DNA of 58,319 nt, from the NCBI GenBank assembly GCA_041649615.1, contig JBAZMT010000005.1, positions 1-58,319 of the forward strand, in the 5' to 3' direction. The notes under the pieces were generated by a model. That model saw only the letters and a list, made by a program, of their open reading frames with translations. It was not told the origin of the DNA and did not search any database. Below, piece after piece: positions 1-10,694 of the stretch. Made by a program: the position numbers and the translations under genes. The stretch is from Parcubacteria group bacterium (lineage in GTDB: Bacteria > Patescibacteriota > Minisyncoccia > UBA6257 > Colwellbacteraceae). Numbering within the stretch: position 1 is the stretch's first letter; every line of letters begins with the position of its first letter.

Positions 1-441
1 TATTTCAAATTCTTCTATTGACTCCCCGGTGAGTTTTCGGTGCGTAAGATATTCGCGGGCAACGGGAGCGGAAGATAATCGGTCGCGAAAATAATCGGCG
101 GCGGCGCGGGAAATGTCATAAAGAACTCCGAATTCTTTTTGTTCGGACGGACTTACGCGGCTTAAAGGAACGTTGGCTTTTTCGGCAAGAAGTTTAAGGG
201 CTTCGTAAAACTCCAAATTCTCGTACTTCATCAAAAATTTGAATATGTCTCCCCCTTCGTTACAGCCGAAGCAGTGCCATATTTGCCTGTCGGGAGACAC
301 CATGAAAGAAGGGGTCTTCTCCTTATGAAACGGACAATTGGCTTTAAAATTAACTCCCGCGGGTTTGAGTTCCAGATAACCGCGCAGAAACTCCACAAGG
401 TCCAGTCTCTCTTTTATTTGTTGAGTGGCATTATCGGGCAT
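1..441 (-). CDS. dnaG: DNA primase DnaG, N-terminal part (rest of the gene lies beyond the left window edge)
   Basis: Own translation of the minus strand from ATG 441..439 gives MPDNATQQIKERLDLVEFLRGYLELKPAGVNFKANCPFHKEKTPSFMVSPDRQIWHCFGCNEGGDIFKFLMKYENLEFYEALKLLAEKANV..., the CHC2 zinc-finger N-terminus of bacterial primase. It is absent from the ORF track because it is open at the edge. In-frame ATGs also occur at 450 and 456, so the start is uncertain by about 15 nt. Confidence 0.85.
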   Translation of the reverse strand, partial: MPDNATQQIKERLDLVEFLRGYLELKPAGVNFKANCPFHKEKTPSFMVSPDRQIWHCFGCNEGGDIFKFLMKYENLEFYEALKLLAEKANVPLSRVSPSEQKEFGVLYDISRAAADYFRDRLSSAPVAREYLTHRKLTGESIEEFEI

Positions 442-514
442 GATGACCATAACCATTATCGCAAAAATAAGAGGGCTCAAAAAGAGCCTGTAACGACCCT
501 ATTAAAAGCTTTTT

Positions 515-1459
515 TTAGCGCCTATTTCTTCTTATAGCGGCAGCGATGATTTTGTCCAAAAGAGCTTTACTTGTAAGCCCCATGTAATTTGCTTCCTGCG
601 ATAAGAGAGTTTTCGGATCAAGGCCGGGAAGCGTATTAATTTCCAGGACGTAAATCTGGTTATCGTTTCCGATAATCATGTCCGTTCGAGAATAGCCGGA
701 TGCGCCTATAATCCGATGAACGGCAAGAGCGATCTTCTGAATGTCTTCCGTCTCTTTCCTGGTTATGGGAGCCGGAGTGATTTCTTTGGAGGCTCCCTCC
801 ACGTACTTGGCCTCGTAATCAAACAATTCCGTTTTGACGGGAAAGACTTCGGTCGGAGGCAAGGGAATATTTCCGCGCTCGTCTTCCAAAACTCCGCAGG
901 TGATTTCCCTTCCCGAAATGTATTTTTGGACCATGGCAACTCGGCTTATTTCAAACACTTTGCATAAAGCCTCGCGCATATCAAATTCATTTCGCACGAT
1001 GCTCGTGCCGAGGGAGGAACCGCGATCCGCGGGCTTCACCACCACCGGATAACCGAACGGCGAATTAAAGCGTGCCCAGTCGTCGTAGCGCGTGATTTCT
1101 TTCCAGGCGGGAACTAAGAGATCGTTCGCCGCAAAAAGCTTTGAGGAAGCAAGTTTGTTCATTCCGAGCGCGCTCGCTTCCGCCGAGGAACCCGTATATA
1201 GGAGACCAATGCTGTCTAAAAATTGTTGAATGGTTCCGTCTTCACCGTATTCGCCGTGAAGGGCGAGAAAAGCGATGTCCGCTTTATCAATCAATTCCTC
1301 AAAAGGGAGAGACCATTCGCCGTCCCGACCGATATGCACCGGAATTATTTCGTATCTTTCCTTGTCCAGGCTGTCGCAAACCGCCCGGCCGCTTGCCATG
1401 GAAACGTCGTGCTCGGAGGATGGTCCTCCCATTAATACGGCAACCCTGATCTTTCGCAT
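515..1459 (-). CDS. ddl: D-alanine--D-alanine ligase
   Basis: 314 aa. The N-terminus MRKIRVAVLMGGPSSEHDVSMASG and the ATP-grasp body (GYPVVVKPADRGSSLG, EINTLPG) are typical of Ddl. Confidence 0.9.
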   Translation of the reverse strand: MRKIRVAVLMGGPSSEHDVSMASGRAVCDSLDKERYEIIPVHIGRDGEWSLPFEELIDKADIAFLALHGEYGEDGTIQQFLDSIGLLYTGSSAEASALGMNKLASSKLFAANDLLVPAWKEITRYDDWARFNSPFGYPVVVKPADRGSSLGTSIVRNEFDMREALCKVFEISRVAMVQKYISGREITCGVLEDERGNIPLPPTEVFPVKTELFDYEAKYVEGASKEITPAPITRKETEDIQKIALAVHRIIGASGYSRTDMIIGNDNQIYVLEINTLPGLDPKTLLSQEANYMGLTSKALLDKIIAAAIRRNRR

Positions 1460-1525
1460 TTCGTATCTAAAAATTATACATCAAAAAACAAAAATCCCGC
1501 GATATTGCGGGATTTTTGCGTTGGA

Positions 1526-1822
1526 TTACCAGCTCTTTCCGAAGTCTCCTCCGTTATCACGCCTAGGGCGTTCTTCCATGGGGCGAGCCTCGTTCACTTT
1601 GATGGTGCGGCCACCGAGATCGGTGCCGTCAAACATCTCTATGGCGCGCTGTGCTTCCTCATCGGAGGCGAATTCAACGAATCCGAATCCTTTAGAGCGG
1701 CCGCTCATCTTATCAATGATGACGGTAGCCGACTCAACAGTACCAGCTTTGGAGAAAGCATCTTTCAGCTCTTCATCCCTAGTGGCATAAGGAAGGCCTC
1801 CTACGTAGAGTTTTTTGGCCAT
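1526..1822 (-). CDS. RRM-type RNA-binding protein with a short R/G-rich tail
   Basis: MAKKLYVGGLPYATRDEELKDAFSKAGTVESATVIIDKMSGRSKGFGFVEF carries the RNP2 (LYVGGL) and RNP1 (KGFGFVEF) motifs. I place the start at the internal ATG 1822, not the track start 1894. Confidence 0.85.
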   Translation of the reverse strand: MAKKLYVGGLPYATRDEELKDAFSKAGTVESATVIIDKMSGRSKGFGFVEFASDEEAQRAIEMFDGTDLGGRTIKVNEARPMEERPRRDNGGDFGKSW

Positions 1823-1949
1823 TAATTTTTCTTTTATAATTAGTAAGCCCGACCTCTTTCCTCTGGGGATTTCGCACTGACTGCTAACTTCCACGCACCG
1901 GAAACCTTGAACTTACAGTTTGAGATTATCCAAGAAAAGCTCCGTTTTG

Positions 1950-3200
1950 TCAATTGGCGGCAATCTTATACACCTTTCCCGTGTTGCTCCCCAGACCAAC
2001 CGTATCCGATGTTAAGAGGTACAATTCCCCTTTCTTGTCTTCACCAAATCCCAGGACAAAGGAATTGATTTTTTTGGTCTCAATGATATTCCAATTATTG
2101 TCTTTTTCTTCCGCCATCAATATCTTTCCTCCGGCACCTTCAAAACTATTGCTCCAGTCCCCGAAAACGTATTTCCCGTTCCATTTGGGGACTTTGCTGC
2201 CTCTATAAACAAATCCGCCGATGACCGATACTCCGTCCGAATGATTGTATTCAAGAATCGGCGGCACGAGTTCTTCTCCTGCATAACCCGTATTTGCGCA
2301 ATCTACCGGAGAATCATTGGGACTTTCGTGACTGAAACAATGAGTTCCTTCTTTGATGTTCCATCCGTAATTTTTCCCTTTTTCCACGATATCAACTTCT
2401 TCCCACAGATTTTGTCCTACGTCTCCGACAAAGAGCCTTCCTGTTTCTTTATCAAACGACATTCTGAATGGGTTCCTGAATCCATAGGCATAAATTTCGT
2501 CTCTTCCCGGTTTTCCCACGAACGGATTATCCGCCGGAATCCCCCCGTCTTCGTCAATTCGCAAGACTTTTCCGAGTAAATTGTTTAAATCTTGTCCGTT
2601 CCCGTTTATTGAGTGCCCCAAACCGAAATCATCCGCGTTTCCACCGTCACCCGTTGCCACGTACAAATAACCGTCCGGTCCGAAAATTATTTCTCCGCCA
2701 TTGTGATTGAATTGCGGTTCGTCAATTTCCAAGATTATCCTTTCCGAATTCAAATCTATTTTGTCCGGATTGTCGCCAGAAACTTTAAACACCGAGACTT
2801 TGCTTGTGTGGTTCCATCCGGCCATAGCTCCGATTCGTAGAGGCGCGCTGTAATAGACGTAAAACTTTTGATCGTTTTTGAAGTCGGGGCTAAAGGCCAT
2901 TCCCAAGAGTCCTCGTTCATCATAACTTTCCTGCAGTCCGGCCATTTTGTTCCTCAAATCCAAAAAGGGTTCGTCAATCACTTTCCCGTCTTTTATGATT
3001 TTTACCACGCCGATTTGATCAGCCACGAACAATCTGCCGCTATCGTCGGGCGATTCAATTATTTTCACGGGAGAAACAAAACCGTCTGCCAATAATTCCA
3101 AATTCATTGCCGCCGATCTTTTTGCGGGATTAAACAAAATAAAAAGCAAAGCCGCTAACGCTATGACGATAATCCCGATATAAATTAAAGTCTTTTTCAT
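1950..3200 (-). CDS. PQQ-dependent sugar (glucose/sorbosone-type) dehydrogenase, membrane-anchored or secreted
   Basis: 416 aa with an N-terminal TM/signal helix. Beta-propeller signatures are HNGGEIIFGPDGYLYVATGDGG, YAYGFRNPFRMSFD and GWNIKEG. Confidence 0.8.
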   Translation of the reverse strand: MKKTLIYIGIIVIALAALLFILFNPAKRSAAMNLELLADGFVSPVKIIESPDDSGRLFVADQIGVVKIIKDGKVIDEPFLDLRNKMAGLQESYDERGLLGMAFSPDFKNDQKFYVYYSAPLRIGAMAGWNHTSKVSVFKVSGDNPDKIDLNSERIILEIDEPQFNHNGGEIIFGPDGYLYVATGDGGNADDFGLGHSINGNGQDLNNLLGKVLRIDEDGGIPADNPFVGKPGRDEIYAYGFRNPFRMSFDKETGRLFVGDVGQNLWEEVDIVEKGKNYGWNIKEGTHCFSHESPNDSPVDCANTGYAGEELVPPILEYNHSDGVSVIGGFVYRGSKVPKWNGKYVFGDWSNSFEGAGGKILMAEEKDNNWNIIETKKINSFVLGFGEDKKGELYLLTSDTVGLGSNTGKVYKIAAN

Positions 3201-3577
3201 TGTACTATAATTTTACCCTTCATAAACGGATGAGGCACACAGTGATAGGAGTATTCTCCCGTTTCGTTAAAAGTATGCGAGTAACTCTCATTTTGACCGA
3301 GCAATTCCGTATATAGTTCATCCCCGCTGTCGGAGGCGACGTTGTGTTTAATTGAATCTTTATTCGTCCAAGTTACCGTTTCTCCTTTGGAAATCGTTAG
3401 TTCCTGCGGAGAATAGGCAAAATTTTCAATAGCGACCTTTTTTTCGCCTTCCTGCACAGCGGAACTTTCCGGCTCTCCCTGAACCTTTACTTGGGGCTTC
3501 GCCAAATAAAAATAAGCGGCCGCCCCGATGACCGCAATTACAACAATCGCGGCAATAACAATAAGCGCTTTTTTCAT
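3197..3577 (-). CDS. Cupredoxin (plastocyanin/amicyanin-like blue copper protein), membrane-anchored
   Basis: 126 aa with an N-terminal TM helix. The C-terminal type-1 copper ligand pattern is YHCVPHPFMKGKIIV, with the upstream ligand in KHNV. It overlaps the dehydrogenase start by 4 nt. Confidence 0.8.
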   Translation of the reverse strand: MKKALIVIAAIVVIAVIGAAAYFYLAKPQVKVQGEPESSAVQEGEKKVAIENFAYSPQELTISKGETVTWTNKDSIKHNVASDSGDELYTELLGQNESYSHTFNETGEYSYHCVPHPFMKGKIIVQ

Positions 3578-3682
3578 AATTTAATTTTACAACATACGGT
3601 GTTTATTGCTATAAATTAGCCGTACTGTTGGTCGTTTCTATTTCCATTTTGTCTTTCCCGCGGAAGGCGGAAATCCAGTATT

Positions 3683-3770
3683 GGAGAGGTCGCATAGTGG
3701 CCTAGTGCGCTCGCTTGGAAAGCGGGTATACCGCAAGGTATCGAGGGTTCGAATCCCTCCCTCTCCGCCA
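3683..3770 (+). tRNA. tRNA-Ser (anticodon GGA), CCA encoded
   Basis: GGAGAGG acceptor pairs with CCTCTCC. The anticodon stem is CTCGC/GCGGG with loop TTGGAAA. The long variable arm is ATACC-GCAA-GGTAT and the T arm is GAGGG-TTCGAAT-CCCTC. The discriminator is G, followed by CCA. Confidence 0.9.
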
Positions 3771-3798
3771 TGTTTCAAAATTAGGATTTTGAAATAAC

Positions 3799-4194
3799 AT
3801 GAACGAAGCATACAACTGGTATCAAACTTTAATAAAACCGAATTGGGCACCGCCGAGCTGGCTTTTTGGACCGGTCTGGACGGTTCTTTACGTTATTATC
3901 GTGATTTCTTTCGGCACGGTATTTCACAAAGCATTTACTAAACAAATCTCATGGCTTGTCGCACTTCCTTTTGTGCTTAATCTCATTTTCAACTTCGCAT
4001 TCACACCGATTCAATTCGGTCTTAAAAATAACTACTTTGCCGCGCTCGATATTCTTCTCGTTTTTGGCACGCTCATCTGGGCGCTTATCACCGTCTGGCC
4101 TCATGTGCGCTGGGTGGTTTTTGCCAACATTCCATATCTCCTCTGGGTTTTTTTCGCGACAGTCTTGCAACTGACGATAACGTATTTGAATTGA
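3799..4194 (+). CDS. tspO: TspO/MBR family tryptophan-rich sensory protein
   Basis: 131 aa. WYQTLIKPNWAPPSWLFGPVWTVLY and the multi-TM layout are typical of TspO. Confidence 0.8.
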   Translation: MNEAYNWYQTLIKPNWAPPSWLFGPVWTVLYVIIVISFGTVFHKAFTKQISWLVALPFVLNLIFNFAFTPIQFGLKNNYFAALDILLVFGTLIWALITVWPHVRWVVFANIPYLLWVFFATVLQLTITYLN

Positions 4195-4314
4195 AAAATA
4201 ATATGGCAACAAAAAGAGCAAATTCAAATTTACATAGAGCGGTTAATAAAAGATTAATAAATACAGCAACAGCCCTGAAATAAAAATTCATATTTATTTT
4301 ATGTTCTCGCTAGT

Positions 4315-4677
4315 TTAGTCGTGGCAGTAACTGCCAGTGAGCGTGTCCGTGTTGTGTAAATCGTAGTCAGTGCAGTTGTATTGCGGAGCGGTTCGCGTGT
4401 AAATGGCGCAATAGCAGGCGTCAAAAGCGTTGTTACAAGCTTGTACTTCGGCGCCGTAAGTATCACCAAACGGCTCTTTGCAGGTCTTCCAGGTGGTAGA
4501 ACAATCAGCACGTTCTTCCGGTGCGGAAGCCGTCCAGGCTTCGTAATCACAAGAAGAAGACAAGGGTTGTACAGTGCGGGAAGAAAGTCGTCCAGCGTAA
4601 ATCCAATAGCCCATTACAGCCACTAACACTATTCCTATCACTATCCATATCCATTTCTTAACCAATACTTTAGGCAT
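4315..4677 (-). CDS. Hypothetical membrane-anchored, Cys-rich (8 Cys) extracytoplasmic protein
   Basis: 120 aa with an N-terminal TM helix (WIWIVIGIVLVAVMGYWIY) followed by a Cys-rich domain. I recognise no family. Confidence 0.5.
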   Translation of the reverse strand: MPKVLVKKWIWIVIGIVLVAVMGYWIYAGRLSSRTVQPLSSSCDYEAWTASAPEERADCSTTWKTCKEPFGDTYGAEVQACNNAFDACYCAIYTRTAPQYNCTDYDLHNTDTLTGSYCHD

Positions 4678-4704
4678 AGTTTTTATATTATCACACTGGG
4701 TTTT

Positions 4705-5958
4705 CTACCTAATATTTTTTGGTCCTAGAGCGACAATAAGAAGATTATTTGGAGACAGATACTTTTTCGTCACTTCCATTAATTTCTCTTTGGCAATGCT
4801 TGAAATAGTGGAAATGTAGTCCTCCGTCGTATAAAGAGAATCCCTTAGGATGAATCCTCTCCCCAGATCTCTTATGCTAAGTGGATCAATGTTCCGAACT
4901 TTATAAAAATTAATAAGTCTCATCTTTAAATCTTCAAATTTTTCCTCCGATAAATATTTTTCTAGGTTTTTCATGATTTCTTTAACCGCATCAACCATTT
5001 CTTCTGGATTTTTGGTTGACGTACTGATACTGAATAATCCTGCATCGGAAAAAATACTAAACGGACAAGAAACACTATATGTGAGTTTTCTTTTGTCTCT
5101 TATTTCTTGGCTAAGAAGAGAACTCATGCCGTACCCTAAATAAGCGGCTATTATCTCAAGAGCGGCGTTGTCTTCATCTTTATCAATTCCGTTTATTATG
5201 TAACTGAACCAAAGTTGAGTTTCTTCTGTGTTCCTTTTTTCAAAAGAGTAAGATTCTTTTTCTCTTGGTAAAAATGGAGCATTATTTGCCAACGAAACAG
5301 CGTTTTGACTTTGCCAATTCCCGAAATGTTTTTTAGCTAATTTTTCGGAATCAGCGGGAGATAATCCTCCGGTAATGATGAGAATTGAATTTTGAGGGAT
5401 AAAAACTTTTTTGTGATAGTCCTCTAATGTTTTTATATCAGCTTTTAAGACGGTTTCTTCTGAACCAAGGGGATCGTTTGCGAGTGGATGCCCTTCAAAG
5501 TTTTTATTAAATGCTAAGTGAGCGGCCCACAACATAGGATTATCTCTACTACGCTGAATTTCCCTTAGGACGATTTGTTTTTCTTTCTCTAGGTCTTCTC
5601 TTTTAAGTAATGGGTTTAGAACTAAATGAGACAAGACATCAAATGAATCTTCCGCGTATTCAGCGGCTCCCTCAATATAAAACAGAACGTTGTCTCTCCC
5701 CGTAGCACCATTTATTTTGGCTCCTTTGGCTTCAACTGCGTTTGATATCTCAAACTTGTTCTTATATTTGTCATTTCCCAAAAATAACAAGTGCTCGAAA
5801 AGATGGCTGAATCCTAATTCGTTTTCATTTTCGTAACGAGACCCCGCTTTTAACCATACGGATACATGCACTCCCTCAAATTGAGAGGTATAGCTTGTGA
5901 TAACCTTGAGCCCGTTATTTAAAGTTGTGAGATTGTATTGTTTCACTGGTTTCTTCAC
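4705..5958 (-). CDS. M16 (pitrilysin/insulinase) family zinc peptidase
   Basis: 417 aa with the inverted zinc motif HxxEH in SHLFEHLLFLG. Confidence 0.85.
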   Translation of the reverse strand: MKKPVKQYNLTTLNNGLKVITSYTSQFEGVHVSVWLKAGSRYENENELGFSHLFEHLLFLGNDKYKNKFEISNAVEAKGAKINGATGRDNVLFYIEGAAEYAEDSFDVLSHLVLNPLLKREDLEKEKQIVLREIQRSRDNPMLWAAHLAFNKNFEGHPLANDPLGSEETVLKADIKTLEDYHKKVFIPQNSILIITGGLSPADSEKLAKKHFGNWQSQNAVSLANNAPFLPREKESYSFEKRNTEETQLWFSYIINGIDKDEDNAALEIIAAYLGYGMSSLLSQEIRDKRKLTYSVSCPFSIFSDAGLFSISTSTKNPEEMVDAVKEIMKNLEKYLSEEKFEDLKMRLINFYKVRNIDPLSIRDLGRGFILRDSLYTTEDYISTISSIAKEKLMEVTKKYLSPNNLLIVALGPKNIR

Positions 5959-6848
5959 TTCTCCATGTCCCTTAATGCTTTTACCCTGTCCTCAATCGGG
6001 GGGTGGGTCATAAAGAGTTTCATAATGCCCATATTCTTGCCGTCTTTTATCGGGCTTGAGAGCCAAAGATGAGCAGTGGCGGAAGAGATGTGACGCATGG
6101 GGGTCGGATCGTCTGCAATCTTTATAAGCGCGTTTGCGAGGCCTTCCGGGTAACGAGTTAAAAGCGCTCCTGAAGCATCCGCCAAAAATTCCCTTTTTCT
6201 TGAGACGGCCAGTTGAATGAGCATCGCGGCAAAGGGGGCAATGATCGCACCGATAACCGAGAGCAAAGCGAAAACATTGTCTTCCGAGTTTTTGTTCCGG
6301 CTCTTAAAGATATTCGCCCTAAGCAAAGTGTCTGAAATCACGGAAATGAATCCGACAAGTACGACTATCACCGTTCCAAGCAACATGTCCCTGTTACCTA
6401 TATGGGAAAGTTCGTGGGCGATGACTCCTTCAAGTTCACTGCGATCAAGACGATCTAATAATCCTTCCGTTACGGCAAGAGCGGCGTGATTCGGGTCGCG
6501 ACCGGTTGCAAAAGCGTTTGGGGCCATTTCCGGCACGATATAGACTTTCGGCATCGGGAGTCCCGCGGTAATTGCGAGATTTTCAACGATTCGGATAAGT
6601 TCGGGATTGGTTTTTATCGTAACTTCTTCCGCTCGCGTGGAAGCAATAACGAACTTATCCGAGAACCAATAACTTACGATACTCATAAGCGAGGCTATGC
6701 CGGCAAAGACATAAAGAATTGTCGGATTGTTATACGCTCTGGAGATTATCCAGCCGAAAGAAATTACGAGTACTAGAAAAACGGTAATGATAATCCAAGT
6801 CTTGCGGATATTTCTATCCTTGTATTCGTATATCGTCGCCATTGGCAA
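5955..6848 (-). CDS. htpX: M48 family membrane protease HtpX
   Basis: 297 aa with HEXXH in VIAHELSHIGNRD, multiple TM helices and the THPPIEDR C-terminal motif. Confidence 0.9.
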   Translation of the reverse strand: MPMATIYEYKDRNIRKTWIIITVFLVLVISFGWIISRAYNNPTILYVFAGIASLMSIVSYWFSDKFVIASTRAEEVTIKTNPELIRIVENLAITAGLPMPKVYIVPEMAPNAFATGRDPNHAALAVTEGLLDRLDRSELEGVIAHELSHIGNRDMLLGTVIVVLVGFISVISDTLLRANIFKSRNKNSEDNVFALLSVIGAIIAPFAAMLIQLAVSRKREFLADASGALLTRYPEGLANALIKIADDPTPMRHISSATAHLWLSSPIKDGKNMGIMKLFMTHPPIEDRVKALRDMEK

Positions 6849-7424
6849 CTAAAATTCCACCTTAACGTTTTGGCGTTCCTCTTCGCTTCCCGCTTCAAAG
6901 AAAGGCTCTTCTTTAAACTTGAAAATATTCGCAACAATCACCGAAGGGAAAGTATTAACTTTAATGTTAAGCTCCCGAACGTTTCCGTTGTAGAATCGGC
7001 GCGATGCCTGGATTTTATTTTCCGTATCGGTAAGTTCGCGTTGTAAATCAAGAAAATTAGCGTTCGCTTTGAGATCGGGATAATTTTCGGCAACGGCGAA
7101 AAGAGTTTTAAGCGTGGCCGAAAGATGATTCTCCGCTTCGGCGCGATTTATGGGATTTCCGCCGGCGCTTTGAATTTCCGCTCGAGCTTTCGTGACGTTT
7201 TCCAAGACGTCTTTTTCGTGAGACATATATCCCTTGACCGTTGAAACAAGATTCGGGATAAGGTCAAAACGGCGTTTTAGTTGAACGTCTATGTCCGAGA
7301 ATGCTTCTTTGACTCTCTTTTTTAAAACTATAAGGCGGTTGTAAGTTGCCGCGAACCAAATTAAAAGAACGGCAATGACCGCCAGAATTACGAAGATTAT
7401 GGTCATGCATTGATTATACATCAA
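6849..7424 (-). CDS. lemA: LemA family protein
   Basis: 191 aa with an N-terminal TM helix, [33 protein letters not shown] and [12 protein letters not shown]. It is adjacent to htpX, as is common. Confidence 0.85.
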   Translation of the reverse strand: MMYNQCMTIIFVILAVIAVLLIWFAATYNRLIVLKKRVKEAFSDIDVQLKRRFDLIPNLVSTVKGYMSHEKDVLENVTKARAEIQSAGGNPINRAEAENHLSATLKTLFAVAENYPDLKANANFLDLQRELTDTENKIQASRRFYNGNVRELNIKVNTFPSVIVANIFKFKEEPFFEAGSEEERQNVKVEF

Positions 7425-7483
7425 AAACTGCAGAAACCTGGACCACCGCTTTCGCGGGGGTGACAGTAGAGAAAAGGGTCTTT

Positions 7484-9127
<1,644 letters not shown>

Positions 9128-9132
9128 TTATT

Positions 9133-9426
9133 TTATTCTTCTATAACGGCCAAAACATCATCTTCGCTTCCGATGAGATATTTTTTGCCGTCCATTTCCA
9201 GCTCGTCCGGACCGTATTTGCGGAAAAGTACTGTATCGCCGGGTTTGACGGACATCGGGACGAATTCCCCATTGTCATCTCTCTTCCCCGGTCCTACGGC
9301 CAAAATTTTGCCTTTTGTAGGCCTTTCTTTGTCCGCGGTATCGGGAATGACTATTCCCGACTTGGTGATTTTTTCCTCCTCCGCGGCCTCAAGAAGTATA
9401 TGATTTGAAAGAGGTTTGATGTTCAT
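9133..9426 (-). CDS. groS: Co-chaperonin GroES
   Basis: 97 aa. MNIKPLSNHILLE...SGIVIPDTA...GKILAVGPG is the typical pattern, and the gene sits directly upstream of groEL. Confidence 0.95.
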   Translation of the reverse strand: MNIKPLSNHILLEAAEEEKITKSGIVIPDTADKERPTKGKILAVGPGKRDDNGEFVPMSVKPGDTVLFRKYGPDELEMDGKKYLIGSEDDVLAVIEE

Positions 9427-9462
9427 TTTGTGTATTAGTTTTAATGATTTTTAAGTTTTTTG

Positions 9463-10092
9463 TCAATGGATATTGTAATAAGTTTCTATGCGATTGAGAC
9501 TGGTTATGACGCGCGTTTTCTGACCATTTTTTGCGAGTTCTTCGATGCGGCGTTGAATTTTTTTTGATTGTTTTTTGCGTGCAAAAGATTCAAATGTGTC
9601 GCCCAGTCTGCCTGAAAACATTTTTTCCGCGATTCGGATAAATCGGTTTTTTCCTCCGCCGACATAAAGCGAATATTCTCTGTAATCCGGAACTTTTTTG
9701 ATAACGTGAGTATTTGCCATAAAGAATTCTTCGCAGGCAGAATAGTCGCCATAAACGGGAAAAAGAAAAGGATATGATTCGGTCTCATAAGAATTTTCGG
9801 GGTCGTTCATTTTCAAATCGGACATACACATAAAGTGGCTGAGGCAGAGCTTGTTAGTTTCAGGTTTTGGAGGTTTGTTTCTTATATGAAGCAAGTCGCA
9901 AATGAAAAGCGTGAGAGCGCGGCAGAGATAGACCCGGTTATCTTTCACGCCGATGATTATATCAATGTCCGAACCGTTTTTGACGTTACCCGTGACGCAT
10001 GAGCCGGAAATGACAGCAAGTCTAACAAAAGGAACGTATCGGAATAGTGATATTCTTTTCTTGATTATTTTTTCTTTTTCCAAAGAGAGCAT
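9463..10092 (-). CDS. Nucleotidyltransferase-domain protein (Pol-beta superfamily)
   Basis: 209 aa. The GS...DxD signature appears in AVISGSCVTGNVKNGSDIDIIIG. Confidence 0.6.
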   Translation of the reverse strand: MLSLEKEKIIKKRISLFRYVPFVRLAVISGSCVTGNVKNGSDIDIIIGVKDNRVYLCRALTLFICDLLHIRNKPPKPETNKLCLSHFMCMSDLKMNDPENSYETESYPFLFPVYGDYSACEEFFMANTHVIKKVPDYREYSLYVGGGKNRFIRIAEKMFSGRLGDTFESFARKKQSKKIQRRIEELAKNGQKTRVITSLNRIETYYNIH

Positions 10093-10694
10093 TAGGCTCT
10101 TCTCAATGATTTCGGCTTTTTGCTTTTTTCAACGTAAACTCCTTCGTCCGCCTTTTTAATAAGATCGTCCAAAAAGTCTCTCCAGATTTTATCAAGCTTT
10201 TCGCGAGAAAACCCGAAGAAAGCGGTTTTTTCGGGAAATTCCGCTTGCGCAGAACCGAAGCTCCAACTCAAAGATTTTTTGGCGAGCGCTTTTTTAAGTT
10301 TTTCCATAACAATGTCGGCTCCCTCGCGATTCGTTCCCGGAAGCAAAATGATAAATTCGTCTCCTCCATACCGGCCGATGATGTCTGAATCGCGCGTAGC
10401 ACTTTGAAAGATTTCGGCCGAACGGCGGAGCATTTTGTCTCCTTCAATGTGGCCCTTCGTGTCATTAACTTTCTTAAGTCCGTCCATATCGGCGAGAATG
10501 AGACTTACGGAGAGATTATTTCTCTTGGCCGATTCAAGAGTTTTCAAGGCCATTTCCTTAAAAATGTTTCGGGTGTAAAGCTCCGTTCCTTCGTCGCGAA
10601 GCACGACGTCCGTACCGCTCCGTAAAATGAAAAGCGCCGCCTTTATGAAACTTTTGGCGCGACCAAGAAAGCTCCTTTTTATTTTTCTGATCAT
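10092..10694 (-). CDS. Stand-alone GGDEF-domain diguanylate cyclase
   Basis: 200 aa. It has LADMDGLKKVNDTKGH, an intact GGDEF (RYGGDEFIILLPG) and an RxxD I-site (RDSD) five residues upstream. No sensor domain is present. Confidence 0.8.
   Translation of the reverse strand: MIRKIKRSFLGRAKSFIKAALFILRSGTDVVLRDEGTELYTRNIFKEMALKTLESAKRNNLSVSLILADMDGLKKVNDTKGHIEGDKMLRRSAEIFQSATRDSDIIGRYGGDEFIILLPGTNREGADIVMEKLKKALAKKSLSWSFGSAQAEFPEKTAFFGFSREKLDKIWRDFLDDLIKKADEGVYVEKSKKPKSLRRA

Noticed and set aside
3638-3850. Track ORF of 70 aa on the minus strand.
   Set aside because: It overlaps the tRNA-Ser gene (3683..3770) and the tspO start, so it is spurious.
9427-9462. A CIRCE (HrcA) operator upstream of groES.
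   Set aside because: No TTAGCACTC-N9-GAGTGCTAA-like inverted repeat is present in the short upstream region.
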